Shown piece after piece: positions 20,797 to 31,707 of a stretch of DNA of 64,000 nt. Origin of the DNA: Bacteroidia bacterium (GTDB lineage: Bacteria; Bacteroidota; Bacteroidia; NS11-12g; UBA955). Every line of letters begins with the position of its first letter. Position 1 is the first letter of the stretch. The translations under genes and the position numbers were made by a program. The notes beneath the pieces were generated by a model, which was not told the DNA's origin, made no database searches, and worked only from the letters and a program-made list of their open reading frames with translations. The stretch spans positions 12,354 to 76,353 of the forward strand of contig CBFHGY010000003.1 of assembly GCA_965655465.1 (NCBI GenBank), given 5' to 3'.

Positions 20797-21399
20797 TTAT
20801 TTCCCCACCACTACTTTGGCGAATCTAATTACTTTATCGTTTAAGAAATAACCCTTTTCCAAAACATCGATCACTTTCCCCTTCATGTCTTCACTTGGGG
20901 CTTCAAATTGCGTCACCGCCTCATGAATTTCAGGATCGAAGGTTTCCCCTTGAGCGTTCATAGGTTTCAACCCTTTCTTTTCCAAAGTGCTATACATTTT
21001 TTTATAGATCAACTCCATTCCTTCAACTGCAGAATTGTTTTCAGCTTGTTGCATGGATTTAATTGCACGCTCCATATCGTCAACAATTGGCAACATTTCT
21101 ACCATTAAATCTTTAGAAGCGGTTTGCATCCATTCTAAACGTTCTTTAGTCGTTCTGCGGCGAAAATTTTCAAATTCACTGTATAAGCGCAAATATTTCT
21201 CTCTTTCAGCCTGAACGGGATCCTGAACATCTCCCGTCACCTCATTACCCTCTTCAATGGGGGATGATTCCTCAGCACTTACTTCGTCGTTTGATGTTGT
21301 ATCCTGCAACGCGTCTGGGTTTACGATGGGTTCCTCTTGAGAATTATTTTTTGACTTCTTATTCATGTTAAACATCTTTCTTCTGTTTCTTTCAAACAC
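20797..21399 (-). CDS. grpE: Nucleotide exchange factor GrpE
   Basis: GrpE coiled-coil region (YLRLYSEFENFRRRTTKE). C-terminal beta domain. It lies immediately upstream of dnaJ on the same strand. Confidence 0.85.
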   Translation of the reverse strand: MFERNRRKMFNMNKKSKNNSQEEPIVNPDALQDTTSNDEVSAEESSPIEEGNEVTGDVQDPVQAEREKYLRLYSEFENFRRRTTKERLEWMQTASKDLMVEMLPIVDDMERAIKSMQQAENNSAVEGMELIYKKMYSTLEKKGLKPMNAQGETFDPEIHEAVTQFEAPSEDMKGKVIDVLEKGYFLNDKVIRFAKVVVGK

Positions 21400-21497
21400 T
21401 TTGCCATTTACAAATTAACAGCACTTTGTGCCAAGATGTCATAATTATTTAGGGATAACCACAATTTTGTCACATTAATTTCGTATTATCGTGTCAC

Positions 21498-22097
21498 ATG
21501 TTTACCGGGATAATTGAAGATACTGCCATACTTGTTGACCGCATCATTGAAAATTCAAATGTGCATTTCATTTTTGAGCATCCGATTGCACAAGAGTTAC
21601 ATGTGGATCAAAGTGTTGCTCACGACGGCATTTGCCTCACTATCGTTCATATAGATTTGGATAAAAACCAATACCGGGTAACAGCTATTAAAGAAACCCT
21701 AGACCGCACACATATTGGTTTTTGGAATATTGGATACCGAGCTAATATAGAACGCTGTATGCCAGCAAATGGCCGTTTCGACGGACATATCGTACAAGGG
21801 CATGTAGATGCGATAGGACATATCGACGAAATACATGACCTCAACGGGTCTCACATGGTATTTGTTTCCCACCCAAAATCTAGCGGAATAACCGTACCTA
21901 AAGGAAGTATTACCATTAATGGAGTAAGTTTAACCGTAGTAGATTCCTTCATTGACGCGTTCAGTGTTGCCATAATCCCGCACACTTGGGAGAAAACAAA
22001 TTTAGGCGATTTAAAAGCGGGCGACAAAGTAAACCTAGAGTTTGATATTTTAGGAAAATATATAACCCGTATGCAACAAATTCAGAACGAATTGTAA
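21498..22097 (+). CDS. Riboflavin synthase alpha subunit
   Basis: MFTGIIE N-terminus. It has two lumazine-binding repeats (GICLTIV..., SITINGVSLTVV). 199 aa. The symbol is left blank because ribC/ribE naming is ambiguous. Confidence 0.88.
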   Translation: MFTGIIEDTAILVDRIIENSNVHFIFEHPIAQELHVDQSVAHDGICLTIVHIDLDKNQYRVTAIKETLDRTHIGFWNIGYRANIERCMPANGRFDGHIVQGHVDAIGHIDEIHDLNGSHMVFVSHPKSSGITVPKGSITINGVSLTVVDSFIDAFSVAIIPHTWEKTNLGDLKAGDKVNLEFDILGKYITRMQQIQNEL

Positions 22098-22106
22098 GAG
22101 TTCGGG

Positions 22107-22133
22107 CAATAATTGCAAAATGCACAATTATTG
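22107..22133. promoter_or_regulatory. Perfect 9-bp inverted repeat CAATAATTG-N9-CAATTATTG just after the riboflavin synthase stop and upstream of the long sdhC leader. It is followed by a T-rich tract. It is either a weak AT-rich terminator hairpin or an operator.
   Basis: Read directly: caataattg caaaatgca caattattg ttgttgatattttttgcatttttcac. Confidence 0.4.
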
Positions 22134-22408
22134 TTGTTGATATTTTTTGCATTTTTCACAAAACAAGTGCCTAAATCTTTAATTACCATTATTTTTAGTC
22201 TATTTCACAGATTTTCAAAACGCTACATAATAAAAAATCGAAAAGCACGTGTGCCAAAAGTTACACAAATCACCTGAAAGACTCAAGAAAGTCCCTTCTC
22301 GACTTACGTAAACTCATTCTAAATAAGGAATACCCCTGCGTACATTATCGTTTGTGATAGGCTTTTTGTAAATTTGCCCTAAATCAATTAGTCGATATAA
22401 AACTAAAT

Positions 22409-23107
22409 ATGGGAGTATTATCGTTTATGTTTTCTTCGAGTCTCGGACGAAAACTCGTTATGGCAGTTACAGGCATTTCACTTATTGCCTTCCTTGTGGT
22501 TCACTGCGCCATCAATGCTACCGTCTTTTTTAATGATGGTGGAGAAACTTTTAACGTTGCCGCGGAATTCATGGCAAAAAACTGGTTCATCCGGACTGCT
22601 GAAATTGGCTTATTTGCAGGCCTATTATGGCATATTGGACAAGGCCTTTGGCTAACCATTGACAACCGCAAACGTCGCAATGCTAAATATGGAGCAAGTG
22701 CTGGTAATGCCAATAGTAAGTGGTATAGCCGCAGTATGGGACTTTTGGGTTCTATCATTTTGATTTTCTTAGTTATGCATCTGAAGCACTTTTGGGTTGT
22801 AAGTCGTTTTGGCTTGCCTCATGAACTCGGTCATCAAGAATATGCATCCGGAGCGCATCTAGAGAACTTGTATATTGAAATGGTCAACGTTTTTCAGAAT
22901 CCAGTAGCGGTTATTGTTTACGTTTTAGGTTGTGCCGGTTTGGGGTATCATTTATTACACGGTTTTGGAAGTGCTTTCCAAACCTTGGGTATTAATCATA
23001 AATCTTATACCCCGATGATTAACAACATCGGCGCTGCATTTTCAATTATTGTTCCCCTCATTTTTGCCCTAATCCCCGTGGTTATGCACCTCGGCTTAAT
23101 TAAATAA
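22409..23107 (+). CDS. sdhC: Succinate dehydrogenase / fumarate reductase cytochrome b subunit (b558 family)
   Basis: It has five TM helices with conserved His ligands. It lies immediately upstream of the flavoprotein and Fe-S subunits. Confidence 0.8.
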   Translation: MGVLSFMFSSSLGRKLVMAVTGISLIAFLVVHCAINATVFFNDGGETFNVAAEFMAKNWFIRTAEIGLFAGLLWHIGQGLWLTIDNRKRRNAKYGASAGNANSKWYSRSMGLLGSIILIFLVMHLKHFWVVSRFGLPHELGHQEYASGAHLENLYIEMVNVFQNPVAVIVYVLGCAGLGYHLLHGFGSAFQTLGINHKSYTPMINNIGAAFSIIVPLIFALIPVVMHLGLIK

Positions 23108-23111
23108 CACC

Positions 23112-25091
23112 ATGAAATTAGATGCTAAAATACCTGAAGGACCCTTAGCCCAAAAATGGACAAAATATAAGAGTTCTGTTCCTTTGGTAAATCCTGCCAA
23201 TAAGCGCAACCTCAACATAATCGTTGTTGGAACGGGATTGGCTGGCGCTAGTGCTGCCGCTTCCTTAGCCGAAATGGGCTACAAAGTATCTGCTTTTTGT
23301 TTCCAAGACTCCCCACGACGTGCGCATTCTATTGCTGCTCAAGGGGGTATCAATGCTGCAAAAAATTACCAAAATGACGGCGACAGTGTTCACCGTTTAT
23401 TTTATGATACCATAAAAGGTGGCGATTATCGTGCTCGCGAGGCCAATGTGCACCGCCTAGCTGAAGTTTCTACCAATATCATCGACCAATGTGTGGCTCA
23501 AGGGGTTCCTTTTGCTCGTGAATACGGCGGAACTCTTAGTAATAGATCCTTTGGTGGAACACAAGTACAAAGAACATTCTATGCCGCAGGTCAAACCGGT
23601 CAACAATTGTTATTAGGTGCCTATTCAGCCTTAGAACGCCAAGTTGGACTAGGCAATGTAACCATGTATACGCGTCATGAAATGATTGAAGTGGTTAAAA
23701 TCGATGGCAAAGCACGGGGAATTATTGCCCGCGACTTGGTTAGCGGAAAACTAGAACGTCATTTTGGGCATGCGGTATTATTGTGTACCGGTGGATATGG
23801 AAACGTATTTTATTTAAGTACTAACGCCATGGGTAGTAACGTAACTGCTGCATGGAAAGCACATAAGGCGGGAGCCCTTTTCGGAAATCCTTGCTTTACG
23901 CAAATTCACCCTACATGCATTCCCGTTTCCGGTCATTACCAATCTAAACTTACTCTAATGAGTGAGTCTTTACGTAACGACGGACGTATTTGGGTTCCTG
24001 CTAAAAAAGGAGACGACAGACATCCGAATGACATTCCAGAATCAGAACGCGACTACTACCTAGAACGCAGATATCCTGCGTTTGGAAACTTAGTACCTCG
24101 CGATATCGCTAGCCGCGCTGCTAAAGAACGTTGCGATGCCGGTTACGGTGTTGGCCCAAGTAAAATGGCAGTATACCTGGATTTCAAATACAATACCATG
24201 AATAAGTACGGTCGTGCGGAAGCAGCCAAATTAGGTATTGCCAATCCAGATGATGAAACTTTATTGCGATTGGGTAAAGAAAAGGTGAAACAGCAATACG
24301 GAAATCTGTTTGACATGTACAAGCAAATTACCGCTGAAGACCCTTACGAAGCACCCATGAGAATCTACCCTGCCGTTCACTATACTATGGGTGGCTTATG
24401 GGTAGATTATGAATTACAAACTACCGTTCCTGGCCTCTATGCTTTGGGAGAAGCCAATTTCTCTGATCATGGTGCCAACCGCTTAGGAGCTTCAGCCCTG
24501 ATGCAAGGACTTGCAGATGGCTATTTTGTAATCCCTTATACTATCGGAAATTACTTAAGTAAGGAAATTCACACCAAACCCATTCCAACGGATCACGAAG
24601 CATTTGTTGAAGCAGAAAAAAGAGCGAACGAACGCATTACCGGATTTTTAGAAATTAAAGGTACCCGCTCTGTAGAAAGTTACCACCGCGAACTTGGTCT
24701 TATCATGTGGAACAAATGTGGTATGGCTCGCAACGCAGAGGGACTTAAAGAAGCCATCAATGAAATCAAAGCCCTGAGAGAAGATTTCTACAAAAACGTA
24801 CGTGTACCTGGAACTGACAACGGGTTCAACCCCGAATTAGACAAAGCAGGTCGCGTAGCGGATTTCTTGGAATTGGGAGAATTGATGTGCTTAGATGCAT
24901 TATCTCGTGAGGAAAGTTGTGGTGGTCATTTCAGAGAAGAATACCAAACAGAAGAAGGAGAAGCTATGCGCGACGATGATAAATTCCTGAGTGTTTTTGC
25001 ATGGGAAAACATTGGAAACAACGAATACCAACTTCACCGAGAAGATCTGAATTACGAAAACATTAAAATCCAACAACGCAGTTATAAATAA
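23112..25091 (+). CDS. sdhA: Succinate dehydrogenase / fumarate reductase flavoprotein subunit
   Basis: FAD-binding GxGxAG ([12 protein letters not shown]). Covalent-FAD histidine region ([11 protein letters not shown]). Active-site HYTMGG. 659 aa. Confidence 0.92.
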   Translation: MKLDAKIPEGPLAQKWTKYKSSVPLVNPANKRNLNIIVVGTGLAGASAAASLAEMGYKVSAFCFQDSPRRAHSIAAQGGINAAKNYQNDGDSVHRLFYDTIKGGDYRAREANVHRLAEVSTNIIDQCVAQGVPFAREYGGTLSNRSFGGTQVQRTFYAAGQTGQQLLLGAYSALERQVGLGNVTMYTRHEMIEVVKIDGKARGIIARDLVSGKLERHFGHAVLLCTGGYGNVFYLSTNAMGSNVTAAWKAHKAGALFGNPCFTQIHPTCIPVSGHYQSKLTLMSESLRNDGRIWVPAKKGDDRHPNDIPESERDYYLERRYPAFGNLVPRDIASRAAKERCDAGYGVGPSKMAVYLDFKYNTMNKYGRAEAAKLGIANPDDETLLRLGKEKVKQQYGNLFDMYKQITAEDPYEAPMRIYPAVHYTMGGLWVDYELQTTVPGLYALGEANFSDHGANRLGASALMQGLADGYFVIPYTIGNYLSKEIHTKPIPTDHEAFVEAEKRANERITGFLEIKGTRSVESYHRELGLIMWNKCGMARNAEGLKEAINEIKALREDFYKNVRVPGTDNGFNPELDKAGRVADFLELGELMCLDALSREESCGGHFREEYQTEEGEAMRDDDKFLSVFAWENIGNNEYQLHREDLNYENIKIQQRSYK

Positions 25092-25096
25092 TTGAC

Positions 25097-25852
25097 ATGG
25101 GAAACACAATGAATATTAACCTGAAAGTATGGCGCCAGCAGAATGAACATGCTCAAGGCCATTTTGAAGAACATAAAGTTCAAGCAAGTCCCGATATGAG
25201 CTTCCTTGAAATGTTCGACGTTTTGAACGAACAGCTCATCGAAACCGGAAAAGAACCCATTGCGTTTGACCATGATTGCCGCGAAGGTATTTGTGGAATG
25301 TGCTCAATGGTAATTAATGGAAGACCTCATGGACCTAAAGGAGGTGTAACCACCTGTCAATTACACATGAGGAGCTTTAACGACGGCGACACCGTAGTAG
25401 TTGAACCTTGGAGAGCAAATGCTTTTCCCGTTATACGCGATTTGAGTGTTAACCGTGGTGCCTTTGACCGTATTATTGCTTCTGGAGGTTATGTTTCCGT
25501 TAATACGGGAAATGCGGTAGATGCCAATTCGGTGCTTATTCCCAAGGAAATTGCAGATACCGCGTTCCAAGCTGCAACTTGTATTGGTTGTGGAGCTTGT
25601 GTGAGCGCTTGTAAAAATGCTTCTGCCATGCTTTTCGTTGGTGCTAAAGTAACGCAATTATCTATGTTGCCACAAGGTCAACCCGAGCGCGAATCTCGCG
25701 TTGTTGCCATGGTAAATCAAATGGATGCTGAAGGTTTTGGAGCCTGCACCAATACAGGTGCCTGCGCCGCCGAATGTCCTAAAGAAATTCCATTATCGGT
25801 GATAGCTAATTTAAATCGAGAATATTACCGAGCCAAATTAAACGGCAAATAA
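25097..25852 (+). CDS. sdhB: Succinate dehydrogenase / fumarate reductase iron-sulfur subunit
   Basis: 2Fe-2S cysteines (CREGICGMC). 4Fe-4S motifs ([11 protein letters not shown]) and 3Fe-4S motifs ([12 protein letters not shown]). Confidence 0.92.
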   Translation: MGNTMNINLKVWRQQNEHAQGHFEEHKVQASPDMSFLEMFDVLNEQLIETGKEPIAFDHDCREGICGMCSMVINGRPHGPKGGVTTCQLHMRSFNDGDTVVVEPWRANAFPVIRDLSVNRGAFDRIIASGGYVSVNTGNAVDANSVLIPKEIADTAFQAATCIGCGACVSACKNASAMLFVGAKVTQLSMLPQGQPERESRVVAMVNQMDAEGFGACTNTGACAAECPKEIPLSVIANLNREYYRAKLNGK

Positions 25853-25859
25853 TTAAAAA

Positions 25860-25889
25860 GGCTGTCTTATTAAAGACAGCCTTTTTTTT
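25860..25889 (+). terminator. Rho-independent terminator after sdhB
   Basis: GGCTGTCTT-atta-AAGACAGCC followed by TTTTTTTT. Confidence 0.85.
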
Positions 25890-25926
25890 GTTTTCTGGAA
25901 ACGCTGCTTACGTTTCAAATTATGTA

Positions 25927-26769
25927 TTATGGCAAGGGATATACAATTCCTAGATCTAGAGAAAATCGCACACTGTTTGCTTGTTGAACCCCATTGAAGT
26001 TAGGTAACAAAGCCATATCCACACGTGGCTGTGCCAAAAGTTTAATCTTCTCATCAAGTGCATACTCAGCTCGCAAACCCGCAGCTACAAATACATTAAA
26101 CACGGGATTTACCACTTTATTCACAACAGCTCTATCGCTTGCATCTAAATCTATGGTATAATCATAGGTGTCCACCTCCGAACCTTCATTCAAGGAAAAT
26201 CCCCGGGTGATTATTTTAACTTTATCCTCCACCAATACACCCGGTATGGCAGAAACAAAACCATATAATTCAGTATCTGGAATCCGCAATTTAACTCCAT
26301 CTAAACGCCTTAAATACTGCAAATCTAATGTTATATACCTTTGGATGAAATGATAGTCCATTACCTGAACAGGACCATCTACCCAATTATCGATAATTGC
26401 CAAATCGGGATGCGGTTGATAGCCAAACATTCCATTTTCCTTGCGACGTATAAAACCCCATTGTTGGTAACCAAAACTAGCACTAAAAGCCACATTGCGC
26501 TCTCTTTGAAAAACCACACCTACGAAGGCACTCAGCGCATTTTGAAAGTGATCTGAATTTCGAAAAGAATCCTTTAATCCCATTTCTGTAAATTGAGATC
26601 GGGGCATCGGATTAACGTTTGACAAAATTCGAAATTGTGAAGATGGGGTAAGTCCTGCTTGTACTCTGCGAGTCCAAGGTGCATTTTGTGCCGAAACCGT
26701 TCCCAAAAATCCCCCAAGTAACAGGCAAAAAAACGATGATCTTATCATAAAAGTCGGCAACTTACTCAT
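25927..26769 (-). CDS. Hypothetical secreted / outer-membrane protein (280 aa)
   Basis: Signal peptide (SSFFCLLLGGFLGTVSAQ). No recognisable motif. Confidence 0.45.
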   Translation of the reverse strand: MSKLPTFMIRSSFFCLLLGGFLGTVSAQNAPWTRRVQAGLTPSSQFRILSNVNPMPRSQFTEMGLKDSFRNSDHFQNALSAFVGVVFQRERNVAFSASFGYQQWGFIRRKENGMFGYQPHPDLAIIDNWVDGPVQVMDYHFIQRYITLDLQYLRRLDGVKLRIPDTELYGFVSAIPGVLVEDKVKIITRGFSLNEGSEVDTYDYTIDLDASDRAVVNKVVNPVFNVFVAAGLRAEYALDEKIKLLAQPRVDMALLPNFNGVQQANSVRFSLDLGIVYPLP

Positions 26770-26824
26770 TTTTTGGGTGAAATTGATTATTCAGGTATAA
26801 TATTACCTACTAAATACAATCTCT

Positions 26825-28189
26825 TTAGGCAAACGTAAGCCGGTTGATTTTTTGGTAAAAACGGTACACGCCTAAAATGGATGCCACTAATAAGCCCACC
26901 GTAAAGCCAGTCCAAACTCCGTATACCTCTTTGTTCAAAACTTCTCCCAGATAATAAGAAAGTGGCATGCTCACAATCCAGTAAGAGAAAACGGAAATCC
27001 CGCTTGCCCAAAGCACATCCTTGATGCCCCGGAGTAACGACATGGCGGCGGCTTGTATGCCATCACTTACTTGAAATACTGCAGCTAATACAAATAAGGG
27101 AAGAATCAGGGGCATCACGGCAGGTTCGACCCCATATAAACCTGCAATTTGTCGGTTGAAAATCACAAAAATCAATGCATTAATAAGCTCAAATAGAACC
27201 ATTAAAATAAAGGTAGCATGTGCCACTTTCCGAATTTTCTGGGCATTGTGTTCTCCAAATGCATTTCCCACAAGAATACTTCCCGCCATTCCAATTCCAC
27301 TGGCAACCATATAAGTAACAGAGGCGGCATTTAAGGCTACCGCATGCGCTGCTACTTGTACTTCACCATACCAACCCACCATAATTCCCGAAACAGAAAA
27401 ACAGGCCCATTCCGCAAAGGTTTGCAAGGCAATAGGTATGCCCATACTCCAAATACTTTTTGTTTCTGCCCATACTTCGCGCCATTTCGGCATGATTTGT
27501 GGGACATAGGTTTTCATAAATTGTGAATATCGCACATACCATAAAGCCGCCAGCATCATCGCCACTCGGGAAATAAGCGTAGCCCAAGCGGCTCCTTCAT
27601 AACCCATTGCTGGAACTACCCAAAATCCATAAATAAGGATGGCATTCAAAATTACATTCAGTCCCAAGCCCGCTAAGGTCAAAACCATGGAAATCTTCGT
27701 ATGCCCTAAACCATCCGTAAATTGTCTTGCAGTTAAGAAAACCAGCATAGGAAGGACCGAAATATTTACAATATTCAAATACTTTGGAGCGATTTTATTT
27801 ACCGCCTCGGTTTGCTTCAACCAATCAAAATGTGCAGTTAAAATTTCTAAAAGTCCAAATTGGAAGGCAAACAATATCAAACTCACCAAGAGACCCGCTC
27901 GATATATGAGAAATCCACTATTGGATTTTTTTTCACCCACTTTAATACTTACCAGCGTACTCACGGCAAACAGCACCCCAAATGTGAGTCCACTCGTCAT
28001 AAAAAACAAGCTATTCGCTTGGTTTACACCCGCTAAAGCTTCTTTTCCCAAACGGCCAACCATTATCGTATCAGCAACACCCATCAACACCAATCCCAAT
28101 TGACCTAGAATGATTGGATACGACAATTGAAAGATGTCTTTAACAAATACCCGATATTGACTCCACAAGGCGCGCATATAAAAGCGCAA
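26825..28189 (-). CDS. MATE family efflux transporter
   Basis: 12 predicted TM helices. The MATE N-terminal motif is present (LSYPIILGQLGLVLMGVADTIMVGRLG). 454 aa. Confidence 0.85.
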   Translation of the reverse strand: MRFYMRALWSQYRVFVKDIFQLSYPIILGQLGLVLMGVADTIMVGRLGKEALAGVNQANSLFFMTSGLTFGVLFAVSTLVSIKVGEKKSNSGFLIYRAGLLVSLILFAFQFGLLEILTAHFDWLKQTEAVNKIAPKYLNIVNISVLPMLVFLTARQFTDGLGHTKISMVLTLAGLGLNVILNAILIYGFWVVPAMGYEGAAWATLISRVAMMLAALWYVRYSQFMKTYVPQIMPKWREVWAETKSIWSMGIPIALQTFAEWACFSVSGIMVGWYGEVQVAAHAVALNAASVTYMVASGIGMAGSILVGNAFGEHNAQKIRKVAHATFILMVLFELINALIFVIFNRQIAGLYGVEPAVMPLILPLFVLAAVFQVSDGIQAAAMSLLRGIKDVLWASGISVFSYWIVSMPLSYYLGEVLNKEVYGVWTGFTVGLLVASILGVYRFYQKINRLTFA

Positions 28190-28262
28190 AAATACGATAA
28201 GATGCGGCGCTTCCTAATTAAATTAGCCAAGTTCCATAAGAAAAGCCCGTACCTTTGTATTT

Positions 28263-28970
28263 ATGTTCGACGTACTTTGGGAAGATAATCATTTATTGTT
28301 CGCAAACAAACCTGCCGGAGTTCCTGCTCAAGGGGATTCAACCGGCGATGTGCATTTCTTGGAAATGGCTGAAGAATACATTCGCGTAAAATACAAAAAA
28401 CCCGGAGCGGCTTACGTTGGGTTGGTGCATCGTATAGACCGCCCCGTTAGCGGAGTAGTTTTATTTGCAAAAACTTCTAAGGCCTTAACTCGCTTGAACG
28501 ATATTTTTCGCGAAAAACAGAACATTAAAATATACCATGCATTAACATCAAAGCCGTTAACGGAAGAATCAGGTACTTTAGAACATTATTTGATTAAAGA
28601 TTCAGAAACCCATCGCGCGCACGCTTACAACCAACCTCGCGGTGCTGCCAAAAACTCCATTTTGCATTATAAATTACTTAGCAGTTTGGCAGGCAGATAT
28701 TTATATGAAATCCGTTTAGAAACGGGTCGTTTCCATCAAATTCGCGTTCAACTCTCTAAAATGGGATGTCCGATTATTGGTGATTTAAAATACGGCGCTA
28801 AAAACAATCTCCCCGACCGTTCAATCGCCCTGCATGCGCGCACTTTAATAACGCCACACGTAGTTCGAGATTTGCCTTCTGTAACGGTTCATGCACCTTA
28901 TCCTAAAAAACAATGGTGGGGATTGTTTAAAGAAGATCTAATGAAAAAGGGTCCCAAAAAACCTCGTTAA
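28263..28970 (+). CDS. RluA-family pseudouridine synthase
   Basis: Catalytic Asp motif HRIDRPVSGVVLFAK. 235 aa. Confidence 0.8.
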   Translation: MFDVLWEDNHLLFANKPAGVPAQGDSTGDVHFLEMAEEYIRVKYKKPGAAYVGLVHRIDRPVSGVVLFAKTSKALTRLNDIFREKQNIKIYHALTSKPLTEESGTLEHYLIKDSETHRAHAYNQPRGAAKNSILHYKLLSSLAGRYLYEIRLETGRFHQIRVQLSKMGCPIIGDLKYGAKNNLPDRSIALHARTLITPHVVRDLPSVTVHAPYPKKQWWGLFKEDLMKKGPKKPR

Positions 28971-29262
28971 AATCTTTCACTTTGTCGTTTTCGACGCGGA
29001 TTCCTTCGGATTCTAACAAATGTTGCATGCGCTCGGGATCTGAGAAATGGGCTTTACCCGTTAGGAGACCTATTCTATTTACGACCCGATGTGCAGGCAC
29101 CTCAGGGATTACGGAATGGCTTAAATTCATGGCCCAGCCTACCAACCGAGAACTTCTTTTTGCACCTAAATAAGACGCGATGGCACCATACGTGGTAACC
29201 CGTCCATAGGGTACTAAGCGCACTACATCGAAAACTCGATCATAAAAAGATATTTTTTCCAT
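28927..29262 (-). CDS. MGMT-family DNA-binding protein lacking the acceptor cysteine (alkyltransferase-like, ATL)
   Basis: The Ogt/Ada C-terminal helix-turn-helix fold is present (VPYGRVTTYGAIA). PAHRVVN replaces the canonical PCHRVV active-site motif. 111 aa. Confidence 0.65.
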   Translation of the reverse strand: MEKISFYDRVFDVVRLVPYGRVTTYGAIASYLGAKRSSRLVGWAMNLSHSVIPEVPAHRVVNRIGLLTGKAHFSDPERMQHLLESEGIRVENDKVKDFNEVFWDPFSLDLL

Positions 29263-29329
29263 GGTAGTAAACGAAATTGGACCGAAATTTGTCTAACTTT
29301 CAAGCAAAACTACATTATTCTCAATAAAA

Positions 29330-30988
29330 ATGAAGAAATTCGGTTTAATACTCAGTACCCTCGCATTTCTAACTTCGGGATATGCCCAAAAAGCAAAAAC
29401 AATTCCTCTCGGAGTAACCGTTTCCGCAGAAACCCAGCCAACTACAGTGGATGCTAACCAAGGACTAGCTTCTGATTTAAATCCCACATCGTATAAAAAT
29501 CCAAGGATCATTCCATACAAAACCCCTCATACCTATAATAAGGTTGCTAATGTGGGGAATTTCCCTCGGATAAAAGACAAAAAACCATGGGATGGTCGAA
29601 TGGATGGAGAGTACCATATTCGTTTCAAAATAAAAGGCCTCAAGCCCGGAGAAACGGTATTCTTAGCAGATCACCATATCGGAGGGAAATATTTACGCGA
29701 TACTGCCGTGGTAGATAAAAAGGGGGTTGCCGAATTCGAAGGCAATAAACTCTTGCAACGCGGTATGTATTTGTTTGTATTGCCCGAAAAAGCAGACTTC
29801 TTTGAGTTTTTAATTGACGACGATCAAGATTTTACCATAAAAACCGACACCTCATTTTATAAGCATGATTACTACGCAAATATGACGGTTGAAGGGTCGG
29901 ATGAAAATTCATGGTTTGTTACGTATCAAAACCAAAAAACAAACATCATTGAGCGCATCCTAGAAATAGATGCCCAACTCAAAATCGACAGTTCCGATGC
30001 GAATTTAGCTATTTGGACCCCTCGTCGGAATGCCTTGTTAGAAGAAAAAATGAACGCAGATAGTTTATTCGTGGCGCAACATCCTGAATCCATGCTTTCT
30101 CGTTTCCTTTTGGCGTTAATGCCCGTAGAAGTACCCGAAGCACCGGTTGACGAAAACGGCATTGTAGATTCTGCTTGGAGATATCGTTATTTTAAAAACC
30201 ATTATTGGGAAAACGTAGATTTTAACGAAGATGCCTTGGTTCGCATGCCGGTAAATGTATTGAAGAATAAAATGGATTTTTATTTCGATAACGTTATCAT
30301 TCCCGATGCCGATTCTTGTATAGAAGCTTGTAATATTATCTTGAGAGAAGCTAAAAATAGCCTCGAAAATGAAAAATACATCATTTGGTATCTAACCAAT
30401 CGCTTTGAATCCAGTAAAATCATGGGCTTAGACCGGGTTTTTGTGCACATGGCCTTATCTCAATATTGCCAAGGTCGTACTTGGTGGGTAGACAGTACTA
30501 CCACTGCCAAAATGTGCGAAAATGCCTATCGCAGATCGTACTCCTTAATTGGAGCTCAAGCCGCAGATTTACAGCTAAAAAATCAAGATTCTGTTTGGAT
30601 TAACACCAACAGCATAAAGGCTCCTTATACCATTTTAATGTTCTGGGATCCAACATGTGGCCATTGTAAAGAAATCATGCCGAAAATTGCTAAAATTTAT
30701 GCCGAAAACAAGCAAAAAGGTTGGAAAGTTATTACGCTTGCTGCCGGCAATAAAAAGAAGGAATGGTACGAATACCTAGCGGCACACCCTGAAATTTCAG
30801 AGTTTACCAATTTAATCCGGGGAGAAGTTTTAGACCAACGCTATGCCGATGCTTTACAAGCGTATTATGTTATTGCAAGTCCCACAATTTTCCTATTAGA
30901 CGAAAATAAAAAGATTGTAGCTAATAGAATTGATGCTGAAAAAATAGTGGAGTTTATCGATCACTTAGAAAGCAAGAAAAAACTTTAA
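29330..30988 (+). CDS. TlpA-like thioredoxin-fold thiol-disulfide oxidoreductase with a large N-terminal domain
   Basis: Signal peptide. The C-terminal thioredoxin motif is WDPTCGHCK (CxxC). 552 aa. Confidence 0.65.
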   Translation: MKKFGLILSTLAFLTSGYAQKAKTIPLGVTVSAETQPTTVDANQGLASDLNPTSYKNPRIIPYKTPHTYNKVANVGNFPRIKDKKPWDGRMDGEYHIRFKIKGLKPGETVFLADHHIGGKYLRDTAVVDKKGVAEFEGNKLLQRGMYLFVLPEKADFFEFLIDDDQDFTIKTDTSFYKHDYYANMTVEGSDENSWFVTYQNQKTNIIERILEIDAQLKIDSSDANLAIWTPRRNALLEEKMNADSLFVAQHPESMLSRFLLALMPVEVPEAPVDENGIVDSAWRYRYFKNHYWENVDFNEDALVRMPVNVLKNKMDFYFDNVIIPDADSCIEACNIILREAKNSLENEKYIIWYLTNRFESSKIMGLDRVFVHMALSQYCQGRTWWVDSTTTAKMCENAYRRSYSLIGAQAADLQLKNQDSVWINTNSIKAPYTILMFWDPTCGHCKEIMPKIAKIYAENKQKGWKVITLAAGNKKKEWYEYLAAHPEISEFTNLIRGEVLDQRYADALQAYYVIASPTIFLLDENKKIVANRIDAEKIVEFIDHLESKKKL

Positions 30989-31043
30989 TCCCATCAAGGA
31001 AATTCTCCGAAACGCGGCATTCTAAAATAGAGTGTCGCGTTTT

Positions 31044-31652
31044 TTATGGATGGTGTTCTAAATGCAACACTTTTTCAGCCGTTTTGGCTAATTCGTCGGT
31101 ATAGAAGCACAAGCCAAAGGTGTAATACGATGCAGAGAAGTAGGTATTGGGGGTTAAGGAAAAACGCGCACCCACTCCGGCAGAAAGTCCAAAATAACGC
31201 CAAACCCGATAACTCGCACTTACCCCTGTTTCTAAGGGAAGTATCATCAGATCCCGATATTCATACGTACCATCCGCTTGTTTGAACGTAAGTGTTGCCG
31301 TGCCTACACCCAATTGCACCGTTTGTGTTAAAAACCATCTGTAATTTTTAAACCAGCGGTACTCTCCAATTCCACTGAGGTAAAAATATTCATACATATT
31401 ATCGGTTTCATCTTGAAAAAAAGTGGAATACAAACCTATATATGCCGCTGTTTTATGATAATCTGCCCCAACTCGAAGTCCGAAAATATCTATAGGCTTG
31501 CCTTTGAGATACGAACGTCGATTGTCTAAACCGCCGGTAAGCGTAGGCTTGTTTAAAAAACTCCGTTTAATGGAATCTAATGGGGCCCATTGTTGTGATT
31601 TCAGCACATGCGCACTAAAAAAGAGGGCTGTAGAAACCAACAAATGCTTCAT
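31044..31652 (-). CDS. Hypothetical secreted / outer-membrane protein (202 aa)
   Basis: Signal peptide (LVSTALFFSAHVLKSQ). It is aromatic-rich with a beta-strand pattern. Confidence 0.4.
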   Translation of the reverse strand: MKHLLVSTALFFSAHVLKSQQWAPLDSIKRSFLNKPTLTGGLDNRRSYLKGKPIDIFGLRVGADYHKTAAYIGLYSTFFQDETDNMYEYFYLSGIGEYRWFKNYRWFLTQTVQLGVGTATLTFKQADGTYEYRDLMILPLETGVSASYRVWRYFGLSAGVGARFSLTPNTYFSASYYTFGLCFYTDELAKTAEKVLHLEHHP

Positions 31653-31707
31653 TCAAAGACAAAGTTAGTTTAAAATACAAACACTACCTTTGTAGTAATT
31701 TCAAGTT

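Noticed and set aside
21400-21497. CIRCE/HrcA-type heat-shock operator upstream of grpE-dnaJ in the grpE/riboflavin synthase divergent spacer.
   Set aside because: No TTAGCACTC-N9-GAGTGCTAA-like inverted repeat is present, only a direct TGTCAC duplication. This is insufficient.
25082-25657. 63-aa and 98-aa minus-strand ORFs within sdhB.
   Set aside because: They are antisense to a gene with unmistakable Fe-S cysteine motifs.
27344-28103. Antisense ORFs inside the MATE transporter gene (27344..27526, 27363..27587, 27639..28103).
   Set aside because: They are shadow ORFs. The MATE gene has continuous TM-helix periodicity on the minus strand.
31009-31046. Possible bidirectional terminator hairpin CGCGGCA...TGTCGCG-T6 after the TlpA-like gene.
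   Set aside because: The stem has a mismatch and a long 13-nt loop, so it is too weak to call as a feature.
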